Source of the DNA: a virus
IMG/VR virus record: IMGVR_UViG_3300023180_005138
Location: 53,379 to 117,378 of that record
Direction: 5' to 3' (one strand)
DNA length: 64,000 nt
Shown: positions 46,418 to 56,336 of the stretch, one piece after another
How positions within the stretch are numbered: position 1 is the first letter of the stretch
Layout of the letters: each line of letters begins with the position of its first letter
Program-made: the position numbers and the translations under genes
The notes under the pieces: model-generated
The model's input: only the letters and a program-made list of their open reading frames with translations
What the model was told of the DNA's origin: nothing
Databases searched by the model: none

Positions 46418-47812
46418 TTAGGCAAGTGTTCTGATTGTAGCAGCATAGCCGTAGGTGGTTGAAACGTTTGCACCTGCACCTGAGCCTGTGGTTGAGAGAG
46501 CCTTGAAGTCAAAGCGTGTGCTCATGTACATCGCTGTGACCTGCTGGCGAGGCTCGTACTCGCTCTCGATCTCCATACCACGGCGTTCTGCGATCATCCA
46601 GCCTGGCTTGTAGACTAGAGCACCAATGTCGGCTGAGTTAGAACCAACGTTATCTAGGAACTCAGTAATAACAACTGGGATACCATAGATTGCGCCAACA
46701 GAACCTGTGAGGTATGTTGCGTTTGGTCCGAACTTATCGACTGTGCGGAAGTCGGAGGTTGTGACTAGCTCGTTGTAACCTTCGATTGTGGTTAGATATA
46801 CGAGGTGGTCACCAAGCTGTAGACCGTACTTACCCATTAGGGCGCGGGCTGAAGCAATATTAGCTGCTGTAGCCTTTGTGTCGCCATCGGCGGTACGAAC
46901 GGATAGACCGTCTGTAGCAACCTGGTTAACCATTGTGGTGATACCCTTAACAACAGAGGCATAAGTTGATGTGCCAGCTGGGTTAGCTGTGAAGCCTGAT
47001 AGGGCGCCAGTACCACGAAGGATTGCCTTGTCGATTGAACGAGAAAGGCGACGTGTTGCTGCGCGACGGAGGAAGTCGATTAGAGGAAGAATTGTATCCT
47101 CTTCTTCATCCTTGGCAAGATGTGTTGTAACCATGAACTTGTGTGGTGTAAAGTCAACTGACTTAATTGCGTTCTGGTTTGAGGTTGGGACGTTTGATGT
47201 ATCACCAACGCCTGTGGCATATGTGCCAGAAGCGAACTGTGCTACGTAATCGTCTGTATCCTCATCGGCGACTGGGACACGGAATGTCTTTGCATCGACC
47301 TGGATTCTATCGAACATAGGAGCAATAACGAGCTGCTGCTCCATTTCTTCATAGATATTTGTTGAGAAGTTGCTTAGGAACTGATCAACTGAAGTGACGG
47401 CCTTAATCTGATTACCAAGCTTGGTATCAAATGGGTCACGACGATTGAGAGCCTTAGCAAGAAGGAAGGCATTAGCCATTTCCTTTTCGCTATACTTGCT
47501 GGAAGCCTTCTGCTGCTGATAAACATGCTTGCTTTCAGAAATAGCTTTAATCTCGTCCTTATATTTTGCAATCTGTGCCTTTAGCTCAGAAAGCTCTTCA
47601 CGGGTCTGGCGAGTTGCCTCACCATTACGCTCAGCCTCATCGGACTCACGTATAACAGCTTCACCAGCCTTCTCGACTAGCTTCTCTGTGTTGTTTTCTC
47701 CAACTTTAACGGAGACTTCCTCGACAGCCTTCTCCACAACTGTTTCAGTTGCAGGAGCTGCTTTCTTTTCAGTCTCTAGTACAATTGGATCACCTGCATT
47801 TTCGGTTGCCAT
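46418..47812 (-). CDS. Major capsid protein from an internal in-frame start (464 aa, with a delta-domain-like coiled N-terminus)
   Basis: AAAGGAG ribosome binding site before ATG 47812 (MATENAG...); length matches T5 pb8; codon usage shifts to C-ending codons downstream. Confidence 0.8.
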   Translation of the reverse strand: MATENAGDPIVLETEKKAAPATETVVEKAVEEVSVKVGENNTEKLVEKAGEAVIRESDEAERNGEATRQTREELSELKAQIAKYKDEIKAISESKHVYQQQKASSKYSEKEMANAFLLAKALNRRDPFDTKLGNQIKAVTSVDQFLSNFSTNIYEEMEQQLVIAPMFDRIQVDAKTFRVPVADEDTDDYVAQFASGTYATGVGDTSNVPTSNQNAIKSVDFTPHKFMVTTHLAKDEEEDTILPLIDFLRRAATRRLSRSIDKAILRGTGALSGFTANPAGTSTYASVVKGITTMVNQVATDGLSVRTADGDTKATAANIASARALMGKYGLQLGDHLVYLTTIEGYNELVTTSDFRTVDKFGPNATYLTGSVGAIYGIPVVITEFLDNVGSNSADIGALVYKPGWMIAERRGMEIESEYEPRQQVTAMYMSTRFDFKALSTTGSGAGANVSTTYGYAATIRTLA

Positions 47813-49441
47813 TGTTTCATTCTCCTTTATAGTCTTAGTAGTCTTATGACCGTTTACTAATAAGGCTAGATCCTTTGAAGTCTCTTCGCCATCGTTGCAG
47901 TCAATACTCTTAAGCTTTTCGATGTTATTTAGCATCATTTTAGCAATATGATAGTTAGTGTCATTCCATTCTGATGATGGGGTAGTGGTTAAGTTTAGTG
48001 TTTTATTCAGCTTTTCCTGTAAAAGTTCACTGTTTTTAACAGCTTCGTTATCTTTCACTGCATAAAGCTCTTGTTCAGAAAGTGTAACCAGTGAGTCAAA
48101 CTTTTCTTTAATATTGGAACGTTCTCCATCACTTAAGCTTTTGAACTCTGTAACAGAGACATCTAGATCATACTGTGATCCAAGGTCCCAAAAATTCGCT
48201 ACTGATAAATTTTCAGCAGGGATTGTAACTGTATTATCCAATGATTTTCCGTTTAAGTCAACTTCTAAAAATTGAAAAATAGGGTTTTGGGCAGTAGCAA
48301 TTTTCACTGTCTGATACCTTTTACCCTCATGTTTTACAAAAGCACCATTTTTAATTTGTGCGGTTTCTGCACTAAGAAGATTAACAAAAGGAATTGGTTC
48401 ATAAGGATCAGATGATAAGGTCTTATCCTCATCGTCTTCATCTTCCTCGGATAGATTCTCAATTTCTACGTCTTCAGCAAGATTGACTTCCTTAATAATT
48501 TCCTTCTCTTCTTCTTCAGCGGCAGCAACAATGACTTCTTCTGTCTCGTTTGTTTCAACGTCTTTAGTCATAGTATTCTCCTCTTCAGAATATAGAGTAA
48601 CAGATGAGTAGTTAGGGTTTTTAGACCCACCGTTTGCCTCAGTCTCACTAGGAGACATGGGACGGGCTTCTCCATCTGTCTTATCAGGTGAATCAACATT
48701 GTTAGAAGGTTGAACTAAGAACACAATTTCATGACCGTGCCCTTCTGCTTCTTCAATGGTATAATTCACAATTTTGTGATAATGCTTTTGGCCATGAGAG
48801 GAATAGGTAGTAACACCATTGCCACTATCATCCATTTCAATGGTATGATAATGACCGGCTTTGTTACCAGTTATTCCGACATAAATGCCTTCCATCATTT
48901 TCACTTCGTCTTTTAAGCTAGCCTCTTTGAGACTCTTCTTAAAGTCTTCATATTCATCGTTAGATTCAAAACTTTTTCTAACACTGAATAAGCTTTCTTG
49001 GTTGCAAGGAACGGATACAACACTAATTTCGTGAAGTTCTACATCAGTAATTTGTGTTGTGTCTGTATTCCGATCATAGCGACCATCCTTAACGCGGAAC
49101 CCTACAGAAAAGCTCTTTAAAGCTCCGTCATTAATAAGTGTTTGTACACCGTGAAGTTTTTCTGCTGCGTCACTTACATAAGCTTCAACAAAAATACCTT
49201 TACGGTCTACAGAAATCTTTTCTACACGTCCAATAGGTTTGCTGTGATCGTGCTGATAAAGAAGAACAGGGTTCTTACGATAGTAATCAACACCCTTAGC
49301 CCAAGCATTAGCTGTAATGATATCACCTGCTCGATCTTTATCGGTGGTGTTAGCATAGCCAGCAATTCTTAAGCCTTTCTTCTTCTTAGGAGCACGTTTC
49401 TCAACAGTTAGTGGACTGTATACATGAAACATTTTATCCAT
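46418..49441 (-). CDS. HK97-type prohead protease, acidic linker domain and major capsid protein in one reading frame
   Basis: LLYQHDHSKPIG, LKSFSVGF, EISVVSVPCN, then the capsid fold. Start placed at 49441 (GGGGA ribosome binding site, 8-nt spacer); track start is 49504. Confidence 0.85.
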   Translation of the reverse strand: MDKMFHVYSPLTVEKRAPKKKKGLRIAGYANTTDKDRAGDIITANAWAKGVDYYRKNPVLLYQHDHSKPIGRVEKISVDRKGIFVEAYVSDAAEKLHGVQTLINDGALKSFSVGFRVKDGRYDRNTDTTQITDVELHEISVVSVPCNQESLFSVRKSFESNDEYEDFKKSLKEASLKDEVKMMEGIYVGITGNKAGHYHTIEMDDSGNGVTTYSSHGQKHYHKIVNYTIEEAEGHGHEIVFLVQPSNNVDSPDKTDGEARPMSPSETEANGGSKNPNYSSVTLYSEEENTMTKDVETNETEEVIVAAAEEEEKEIIKEVNLAEDVEIENLSEEDEDDEDKTLSSDPYEPIPFVNLLSAETAQIKNGAFVKHEGKRYQTVKIATAQNPIFQFLEVDLNGKSLDNTVTIPAENLSVANFWDLGSQYDLDVSVTEFKSLSDGERSNIKEKFDSLVTLSEQELYAVKDNEAVKNSELLQEKLNKTLNLTTTPSSEWNDTNYHIAKMMLNNIEKLKSIDCNDGEETSKDLALLVNGHKTTKTIKENETMATENAGDPIVLETEKKAAPATETVVEKAVEEVSVKVGENNTEKLVEKAGEAVIRESDEAERNGEATRQTREELSELKAQIAKYKDEIKAISESKHVYQQQKASSKYSEKEMANAFLLAKALNRRDPFDTKLGNQIKAVTSVDQFLSNFSTNIYEEMEQQLVIAPMFDRIQVDAKTFRVPVADEDTDDYVAQFASGTYATGVGDTSNVPTSNQNAIKSVDFTPHKFMVTTHLAKDEEEDTILPLIDFLRRAATRRLSRSIDKAILRGTGALSGFTANPAGTSTYASVVKGITTMVNQVATDGLSVRTADGDTKATAANIASARALMGKYGLQLGDHLVYLTTIEGYNELVTTSDFRTVDKFGPNATYLTGSVGAIYGIPVVITEFLDNVGSNSADIGALVYKPGWMIAERRGMEIESEYEPRQQVTAMYMSTRFDFKALSTTGSGAGANVSTTYGYAATIRTLA

Positions 49442-50705
49442 TCTCATTATCCCCTTGTGTAGGATCAGGAGGTGTATCTGTATTATCTTCTGTAGGTCTT
49501 CCACCTTGTGAGGGGTCTACAGCACTTCCTGTAATATTTTGTGGTATTCTAATCTCATCGCAATCTTCACGATGTTGGAATCTTAATCCTATTCTAGCTT
49601 CATTAGGTGTAATAATACCAGTATTTACTAATGTAGAATAGTACATAGCTTGTGTTTTTTCGTCCGCTCTAAGAGCTGAAACAGCTGCTCTATCTGGACG
49701 AATAATAATATCTGAGTTAAAGAAGTGAGAAAATGCGCTACAGAACTGTTCTAAAATTGGCATAATAGTATGGTTATAAAATAATACTTGGTTTGCAGCT
49801 ATGTTAGCATTATTTCCTGATTTTAACAGAACATATGGTACACCAAGTGCTTTTGCAATATCTTGTTGGACTCGTTCTACAGAAGCTTCAAAATCTAACT
49901 CGGAAAATTTAATTTGTCCAAAAGGACTTAGCTGTAGTCCGCCATCTAAAATAGCAGGATTTCTAGCACCACCATAAATAGTAGAATAACTCTGTCTCCA
50001 CTGTTCTAATAATCTTTCTTTTACTTTTGGACTTAGAACAGAAGCAGTTTGTAAGACAATACCTGGAATACCATTATTCTTAAAGAATTGACGCTGGAAA
50101 TTAATTAAGTAATAGTATAACTCAATTAATCTTTTAACAGATTTTAACTTTGGTGCGCCACGGTAAATACTATCTTCGTTATCTGACTTAATATGAATAA
50201 TTTCATCAGTATCAAATTTTAGAGCAGATTCTTGTCTTGTGGTTTGTTTACCATAACTATAAGCACTTGAAGACTGAACATTTCGCACTAAAAAGTTAAA
50301 ATGCGAAATAAAGGTTTTTTCGTCTGGAATAACTTCCATATCATTAGCTGGTAATACGTAAAGATTTGTACGATCATAATAAAAGAAGGCATTACCATCT
50401 AGTAAATAGTCTAAGAAAGCTCTACGAAATAACTTAACTCTGTCTTCAAAAGGATTTGGTGAACGATTTAAAAGTTTATCTACTTTCTTAACAGCACCTC
50501 CGCCTTCAACAATAATCGGGACTTCAATCAAAGCATTAATAATTAACTCAATAGAGCGATTAACTACTTCAACGTCACGATATGCTTGTTCAAAATCAAG
50601 AATAGTTTCTGGACTCGCATAAGGCTCTGCGGCAGCTAACGAAGGCTGTGCAGGGTTAAGCTTTTCTGATATCCATCTTCTCCAACCTGGAACTTCGTTA
50701 GCCAT
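49434..50705 (-). CDS. Portal protein (HK97/T5 family)
   Basis: DYLLDGNAF, FFKNNGIPG, DIAKALGVP, GIITPNEAR. Confidence 0.92.
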   Translation of the reverse strand: MANEVPGWRRWISEKLNPAQPSLAAAEPYASPETILDFEQAYRDVEVVNRSIELIINALIEVPIIVEGGGAVKKVDKLLNRSPNPFEDRVKLFRRAFLDYLLDGNAFFYYDRTNLYVLPANDMEVIPDEKTFISHFNFLVRNVQSSSAYSYGKQTTRQESALKFDTDEIIHIKSDNEDSIYRGAPKLKSVKRLIELYYYLINFQRQFFKNNGIPGIVLQTASVLSPKVKERLLEQWRQSYSTIYGGARNPAILDGGLQLSPFGQIKFSELDFEASVERVQQDIAKALGVPYVLLKSGNNANIAANQVLFYNHTIMPILEQFCSAFSHFFNSDIIIRPDRAAVSALRADEKTQAMYYSTLVNTGIITPNEARIGLRFQHREDCDEIRIPQNITGSAVDPSQGGRPTEDNTDTPPDPTQGDNENG

Positions 50706-51072
50706 GTTTCTCCCTTTGAATTTCTAACCAATTTATAATTTTATTTGATAGATGATTACTATAACGTTGTCCGTATATATTATGTAATCTTTCGTGATGT
50801 TGTTTACAAAGGGTATAAAGGTTGTTATTGCTTAACCGATCAAACTCATCATCATAAAATTTTACTCTTATATCTTTTATTTCCTCAACAGTATCAAATT
50901 TAGACACTTTATTTTTTATGCACCAGTCTTCAAAAAGTTGAGATATAGAAAAAATATGATGAAGTTCTAAGTTTTCTTTCTCTTTGCATATATAACATTC
51001 ATCGCGTAATTTGTAATCTTTTTTAATATAATCCCTTATATACTTAATAGGAATTCTTTTTAAATCTGCCAT
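50698..51072 (-). CDS. HNH endonuclease (packaging-associated or nicking)
   Basis: CYIC...LELHH...NLYTLCKQHHERLH; between terminase and portal as in T5. Confidence 0.85.
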   Translation of the reverse strand: MADLKRIPIKYIRDYIKKDYKLRDECYICKEKENLELHHIFSISQLFEDWCIKNKVSKFDTVEEIKDIRVKFYDDEFDRLSNNNLYTLCKQHHERLHNIYGQRYSNHLSNKIINWLEIQREKHG

Positions 51073-51079
51073 TAGAATA

Positions 51080-51108
51080 ACTTTACCAAATACTAAACTT
51101 TGTGTCCA
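51080..51108 (-). promoter_or_regulatory. Promoter TGGACA-N17-(TGg)TAAAGT giving a probably leaderless HNH-portal transcript
   Basis: -10 at 51085-51080, then 7 nt, then ATG 51072; no Shine-Dalgarno sequence. Confidence 0.55.
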
Positions 51109-51112
51109 ATCT

Positions 51113-51781
51113 TTAATTTTTAGAAGCCAAGAAAGGGGAACGAAAATCTTGAATTACTTGCCATCTCTTACTAAAATGCTCAGGATGTTTGTTTAATCCT
51201 ACAGCTCCCTCTTCTAATAAGGAAACTTCTGTTTTAATTATTTTAGGTTTTGTCTTATAGTAGTCACTCATAGAAAGAGATACCTGTATATCATCCCCTC
51301 TATCTTTTGTTCCCCAAGGTTCTATATAGTCTTTCCATATAGTTTTTAAATGAGGAATCGAAACAGATAAACAAGCTCCAACAGCTATATCTGATTCTGC
51401 ATCTATACACCATTCACTAGATAAATCTTCATAACAAGAAACTTTATTTACTCCAGATCTACCATATATAGATATAAGCCTATCAGGAGTCTTTCTTATT
51501 TCTACTATTAGTCTCATTATACAGTGAAAACTTGGGTCAATATCATCGTCTAGTATAATTGCATATTTATAATTTAAATCTTTTGCAAATTTCCAACGCT
51601 CAATACACCATCCATTTTCTTTTTTATTTATAACGGCTGCACCTTTAAACTGATGTACTTTATAAGAAGGATTATTATTAATTATAAATATAGGTAATTT
51701 ACCTTTAAATTTTTCAACAAGATAATAAATATTACTAAGTCTTTTGTAGTTTAAAATTATTAGTGCAGTATCTTTAAGCAT
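51113..51781 (-). CDS. GT-A fold glycosyltransferase-like protein
   Basis: LIILNYKR...INNN...RW...IILDDD (DxD motif)...VGACL...GDDIQVS. Confidence 0.7.
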   Translation of the reverse strand: MLKDTALIILNYKRLSNIYYLVEKFKGKLPIFIINNNPSYKVHQFKGAAVINKKENGWCIERWKFAKDLNYKYAIILDDDIDPSFHCIMRLIVEIRKTPDRLISIYGRSGVNKVSCYEDLSSEWCIDAESDIAVGACLSVSIPHLKTIWKDYIEPWGTKDRGDDIQVSLSMSDYYKTKPKIIKTEVSLLEEGAVGLNKHPEHFSKRWQVIQDFRSPFLASKN

Positions 51782-53036
51782 AAATTGAAGCCGATGTTTT
51801 TACATAGGTATAAATACCATATCTTACAGCGTCTGAAGCATGAGAATTATCGTCATGAATTGTTTTTGGATTTTCTGTTTTTGGATTCCACTTATAGTTT
51901 GCCATAGCAGTAAAAGTTTGAAAACCAGTCTCTGCATCAAAAATAAGTTTATCATGATCTACAAGAGCTGCAATATAATTTATACCGTCTTTAACAGATT
52001 TTACAGCATTCTCACAAAAAATATCATAGTCATAAGCAAAATCAGCTTTAAGTTGCTGGGCAGCAGAATCAATATAAATCATTTCTACTTCCCACTTTTC
52101 TTCCATTTCTTTAATATTTTCAGCAAGTTCTGAGGTTGTTACCTCTCCAGAAATATATTCATCTATTACATAAAAGCGTTCACCATCAGTAGCTATTACA
52201 ATAAAAGCATTTAAGTCTCGATAACCAACGTCAAGTCCTGCAATAATCTCAAAACGATTAAGATTTTGCTTTACCCAAGTTAAGTCTTGAAGATGACGAT
52301 TCTCATCAAGACTATAGACCTGCATTTCCGTAGTAGTCCAATCACACTCATACTCTTGAGCAAACATCTTATTAGAAATAGAACGACGAGCCTCTTCAAT
52401 ATCTTTTGTACTTAGAAGAGGATTGGCTCTCCAGGTAAATAGACCAGAACCCCAATCCTCAAATTCTGAATCTTGTCCACGAAGATAGTATGTATAAAGA
52501 TAATTTGTTTTACCACGGGGAGTGGATATAAAAAGTGCCCGAGAATCGGGGTAGGTAGAAAGAGCAGGGCGCAAATCACGAGTAAAATACTCATCATCAG
52601 GGATGATTGCCGCCTCGTCTACAATTATAAGATGAGCAGCCCGCCCCACAAGTGAGTCTCTGTTGTTAGCCGATAAGAGGCGGAAGGTAGAACCGTTGAT
52701 AAGTTTAACAACCTTATCTTTTTGATTGAATCTATCCACTTCCAGTTGTAAATTTCTAATAATATCTGTGACATAATCCCAAATAATTGATGATAGAGTA
52801 AAGTTAGGAGCTACTACCATCACCTGTTTTCCTGGCTCTAAGAGTTTAGCAAAAGCCAAAATACCAGCAGCTAGAGATTTACCAGTTCTTCGAGCAGAAA
52901 TGTGAGTCCAAAAACGATGGTCTTCTAATCCTTGAACCATTCCCCACTGAGACTCATTAAATTGTATTCCGTTATGTTCCCCTACTACAATCTTATCAAG
53001 TAGTCTTTCTACAGGTACTTTAAAATAGTTATCCAT
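51774..53036 (-). CDS. terL: Terminase large subunit (T5-like)
   Basis: Walker A ARRTGKS, Walker B LIIVDEAA, ISTPRG, QEYEC, GLDVG, DAVRY. Confidence 0.93.
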   Translation of the reverse strand: MDNYFKVPVERLLDKIVVGEHNGIQFNESQWGMVQGLEDHRFWTHISARRTGKSLAAGILAFAKLLEPGKQVMVVAPNFTLSSIIWDYVTDIIRNLQLEVDRFNQKDKVVKLINGSTFRLLSANNRDSLVGRAAHLIIVDEAAIIPDDEYFTRDLRPALSTYPDSRALFISTPRGKTNYLYTYYLRGQDSEFEDWGSGLFTWRANPLLSTKDIEEARRSISNKMFAQEYECDWTTTEMQVYSLDENRHLQDLTWVKQNLNRFEIIAGLDVGYRDLNAFIVIATDGERFYVIDEYISGEVTTSELAENIKEMEEKWEVEMIYIDSAAQQLKADFAYDYDIFCENAVKSVKDGINYIAALVDHDKLIFDAETGFQTFTAMANYKWNPKTENPKTIHDDNSHASDAVRYGIYTYVKTSASIYA

Positions 53037-53042
53037 CTATAC

Positions 53043-53321
53043 TCATTTCAAATAATTAGCAAGAGCAATTCCAAGACCTGCTACTGCACTAGCTACAGAA
53101 CCTACCCAGATTAAAGTCTTTAAACTTACACGACCAGTTGTAGCAATTGTTCTAAGTTGATTTATTTCTTTGTGCATTTCACTAATAGAATTAGACATAG
53201 CCTGCATGTTCTTTAATAGTTGTTCATATCGCTCTTGACATACGGCCTCATGTCTAGAAAACTCTAGCTTAGACTGTTGTGTGCGTTCATGAAGTTTATC
53301 AATACTATTTTCAATATCCAT
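53043..53321 (-). CDS. Coiled-coil protein with a C-terminal membrane anchor (holin-like or small-terminase-position protein)
   Basis: HEAVCQERY, heptad repeats, C-terminal hydrophobic helix. Confidence 0.5.
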   Translation of the reverse strand: MDIENSIDKLHERTQQSKLEFSRHEAVCQERYEQLLKNMQAMSNSISEMHKEINQLRTIATTGRVSLKTLIWVGSVASAVAGLGIALANYLK

Positions 53322-53325
53322 TAGT

Positions 53326-56019
53326 CTACGTCTTTATAATAAATTTAACAGCAACACCTGGATGGGTAACTGTTAGTGCAGGAACGGAGTGAGTATGAGC
53401 AGCATGATTACTTACTGCCGTAACAACTGTAATTGAGTTTGTAACGTCTTTATCTGTTGTAGAGTTAGTTGTGCTAGTCGTAACACTATGAGTTGTAGGA
53501 CCTCCTGACCCTGTAGTTCCAGTTCCAGTTGAGTTCTGACCGCTTGCATTAACTTCTCCACCTGTCTTAGAACCAAGAGTAAAGGTAGACGCACCATATG
53601 GGGCTCTATCTCTAAAGTCGGGAACGTTGAAGGTCGTAGACCCGTCGCCTGCACCATAAGTAGTGCCAATTGCAGAAAAAAGTGCTGCATATGTTGTTCT
53701 TGAAATAGCTCCACCTTGACAGAGATACCATCCTCCAGGTGCAGTGGCTGCACCATACATGATGATAGATCCTGCAGGAATTAAGTCATTCCCGCCTTCT
53801 TGTAGTTTACCATCAGCCGCATTAAAATCGCCAGCAGTAGTAAAAGTAAACTGAACAGAGCTTGTTACGACTTGAAGATTACCACCAGAATTTGTTGTTA
53901 GGTTATTAGGAGACTCATATACTTTCCAACCATTACCTCCAACCCATTCAAGACCTTCATTAGGACCAGGATCGTTGAATGTAAGATGGTTTACTGCAGT
54001 AATATTATAGTTGTTCATGTCTAACGCGCTGTTAGCATCTCTTCTCATAAATGTGTTTTCAGATAGTCCATCTAATAAGTCAGCATCAAGTCCAGACCCA
54101 GCACCATCGTTACCAGAGTGCCAAATGGTGTTACCAAATAATGTTGCGGTAGTTTCATATAGCGCTAGTGTCTGTGTAAGAGTAACAGCAGAGCCACTAC
54201 TTACACCGGATTTTACTTGAAAAATCATAGCAGCGTTAGTACTTGCATCTGTATTCACGTGAATACGTGCAGAGTTACCATTTTGCTCTGGTATACCAGC
54301 CTTATGGTTCCATGTTATGTTAGCATTTCCGTATCCGTCATTAATCGTTAGTGATACGCCGCCACTACCACGCCCTGCCGTTATGTAAGTATCGGTGGAA
54401 TACTCGCCTGTGCCTGATGTTTTACCAGTTAGGTTGTTGAATGCATGGGTGTGGCTATCGTTAGCGATAACAATAGCATTATATGTGCCACTGACATCTC
54501 CACCAAATGATGTAGATGTGTTTAAGTAATAAGACCCTTGCTGCCCATCAAGTAAGTCAGCATCTAGACCAGAACTAGCGCCATCTACAGTTTTAATTGC
54601 CGTAAGAATTTCAGAGGCAGTTTGATCCGCAGTTGCCCCAGACTCAATTCCATCTAATTTAGTACCGTCTGTTGCTATATCGCGACCATCTACCGTACCA
54701 GAAAGAGTAATATTGCCGTTGAAATTAACTGTATCACTATTATATGCATAATGGAATACTTCTGAACGAACACCAGAACTCATACGATAGAATGTTACAT
54801 GGTCGGCGCTTTCACCTGAAGCAAATGCTGGGGAACCATCGCCATTATATGAGATACCACCACCGGCAGATCCGTCTTGAGTTACCTCAATAGCACCTGT
54901 ACTTTGTGAACCATTGGTACTTTGGCCAACCTGTAAAATTGCCAGCCCCGCATTTTGCGCTTTAATCCGAAGAGTTGTATTAGCGCCACCACTATCAATA
55001 GTTTGGTCTGCTTGATCGTTTCGTAAGAAACTTCCTGACGAAATACCATCTAATAAATCAGCATCTAGTCCAGAACCAGCACCATCAACTGTCTTAATCG
55101 CCGTAAGAATTTCACTAGCAGTTTGATCTGCTGTCGCACCCGACTCGATACCGTCTAACTTAGCACCGTCTGTTGCTATATCGCGACCATCAACAGTGCC
55201 TGAAACAGCAATGTTACCGCTGCTGTCGATACGCATACGTTCAGTGCCACCAGTTTTAAATGTTAATGTGTCAGCAGCAGCCCAATCCATTCCTGTATTA
55301 GTATCATGCGTGAATGTATAATAAGGATCATGCGAACCATAAGCAGTTGATCCATTACCAACATACATAACACCAGTGGAAGATATTTGGTTAATGGTCG
55401 TACCATCAGCAGTAATTTTAAACGGGATAAAGGATTGACCTAATGCCGCAGCATATTTAAATCCTGCTCCAACAGCATTACCACCAAGACTAGCATTACT
55501 AGAATCGACTAAAAAATAAACACCGTCTGTGGTATTAGATCCTTCTGTAGAAACTGTTAAACCAGAACTGAATGAAGTTGTACCAATACCGACTCTGCCG
55601 CTGCTGTCGATACGCATATCTTCACCAGAACCATTAGTTCTGAAAGACATGTAATTTGTTCCATTATCATATTCAATTGCACCAGCGTTTTCATCTAGAT
55701 AATCACCAAAGTAAACTCGTGATTGACCTGATGATCCAGAAATTATAGCAATATGAGCATCATTTCCTGCAACAGAATTATTTTGAAATAAAGCTACAGT
55801 TTCACCAGATTGTGTTTCTGGGGGAGTTGTTCCTGTACCTTCACTTACTTCCAATCGTGCATAGCTTGGACTTTTTCCAATACCGACACTGCCGCCAACA
55901 TTTACGTTACCAGTAGAAGTTCCATCACCAATAGTAACAGTGGCGTTAGCTTGAACTTCAAACTTACCAGTGGCATCTATACCAAGACCACCTAAAAATG
56001 GATCAACACGAGTTACCAT
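53326..56019 (-). CDS. Tail fibre with GSGLDADLLDG repeats and a C-terminal collar domain
   Basis: Repeated GTVDGRDIATDG.KLDGIESGATADQT modules; IPAGSIIMYGAATAPGGWYLC collar. Confidence 0.82.
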   Translation of the reverse strand: MVTRVDPFLGGLGIDATGKFEVQANATVTIGDGTSTGNVNVGGSVGIGKSPSYARLEVSEGTGTTPPETQSGETVALFQNNSVAGNDAHIAIISGSSGQSRVYFGDYLDENAGAIEYDNGTNYMSFRTNGSGEDMRIDSSGRVGIGTTSFSSGLTVSTEGSNTTDGVYFLVDSSNASLGGNAVGAGFKYAAALGQSFIPFKITADGTTINQISSTGVMYVGNGSTAYGSHDPYYTFTHDTNTGMDWAAADTLTFKTGGTERMRIDSSGNIAVSGTVDGRDIATDGAKLDGIESGATADQTASEILTAIKTVDGAGSGLDADLLDGISSGSFLRNDQADQTIDSGGANTTLRIKAQNAGLAILQVGQSTNGSQSTGAIEVTQDGSAGGGISYNGDGSPAFASGESADHVTFYRMSSGVRSEVFHYAYNSDTVNFNGNITLSGTVDGRDIATDGTKLDGIESGATADQTASEILTAIKTVDGASSGLDADLLDGQQGSYYLNTSTSFGGDVSGTYNAIVIANDSHTHAFNNLTGKTSGTGEYSTDTYITAGRGSGGVSLTINDGYGNANITWNHKAGIPEQNGNSARIHVNTDASTNAAMIFQVKSGVSSGSAVTLTQTLALYETTATLFGNTIWHSGNDGAGSGLDADLLDGLSENTFMRRDANSALDMNNYNITAVNHLTFNDPGPNEGLEWVGGNGWKVYESPNNLTTNSGGNLQVVTSSVQFTFTTAGDFNAADGKLQEGGNDLIPAGSIIMYGAATAPGGWYLCQGGAISRTTYAALFSAIGTTYGAGDGSTTFNVPDFRDRAPYGASTFTLGSKTGGEVNASGQNSTGTGTTGSGGPTTHSVTTSTTNSTTDKDVTNSITVVTAVSNHAAHTHSVPALTVTHPGVAVKFIIKT

Positions 56020-56336
56020 TATTTCTTAACCTTCCTTCTTGGCGAAGCACCAGTAGCTACATTTACAGGAGTGCCAGTCCCCTGTCCTTTTTTACCTGCT
56101 CCTGCTTTTCTTTGGGCTGCTCGTTTACGACGAACAAAAGAGGCTCTGCCTTCTTTTCCTAATTTTCTAGCTTTTTCTCTAGATAGACAGGCGGCATAAG
56201 GTTCATCAACTTCGCCTTCCCCACATTTACCAATACGATTACCCTGGGCATCATAACGATCCCAACCGCCACCCCCAATGCCGCCAGTCTTACCTGTTCC
56301 AAACCAAGCTTTAAGACCTCCACGAGGTTTTGCCAT
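56019..56336 (-). CDS. Basic Gly/Lys/Arg-rich hypothetical protein
   Basis: TAATG overlaps on both sides. Confidence 0.75.
   Translation of the reverse strand: MAKPRGGLKAWFGTGKTGGIGGGGWDRYDAQGNRIGKCGEGEVDEPYAACLSREKARKLGKEGRASFVRRKRAAQRKAGAGKKGQGTGTPVNVATGASPRRKVKK

Noticed and set aside
49442-49504. Track start of the protease-capsid ORF at 49504
   Set aside because: It lies deep in the portal gene with no ribosome binding site; ATG 49441 has a GGGGA site at normal spacing.
50698-51072. HNH gene as a selfish homing endonuclease or mobile element
   Set aside because: It is short and sits in the conserved terminase-portal position of T5- and HK97-type packaging HNH proteins.
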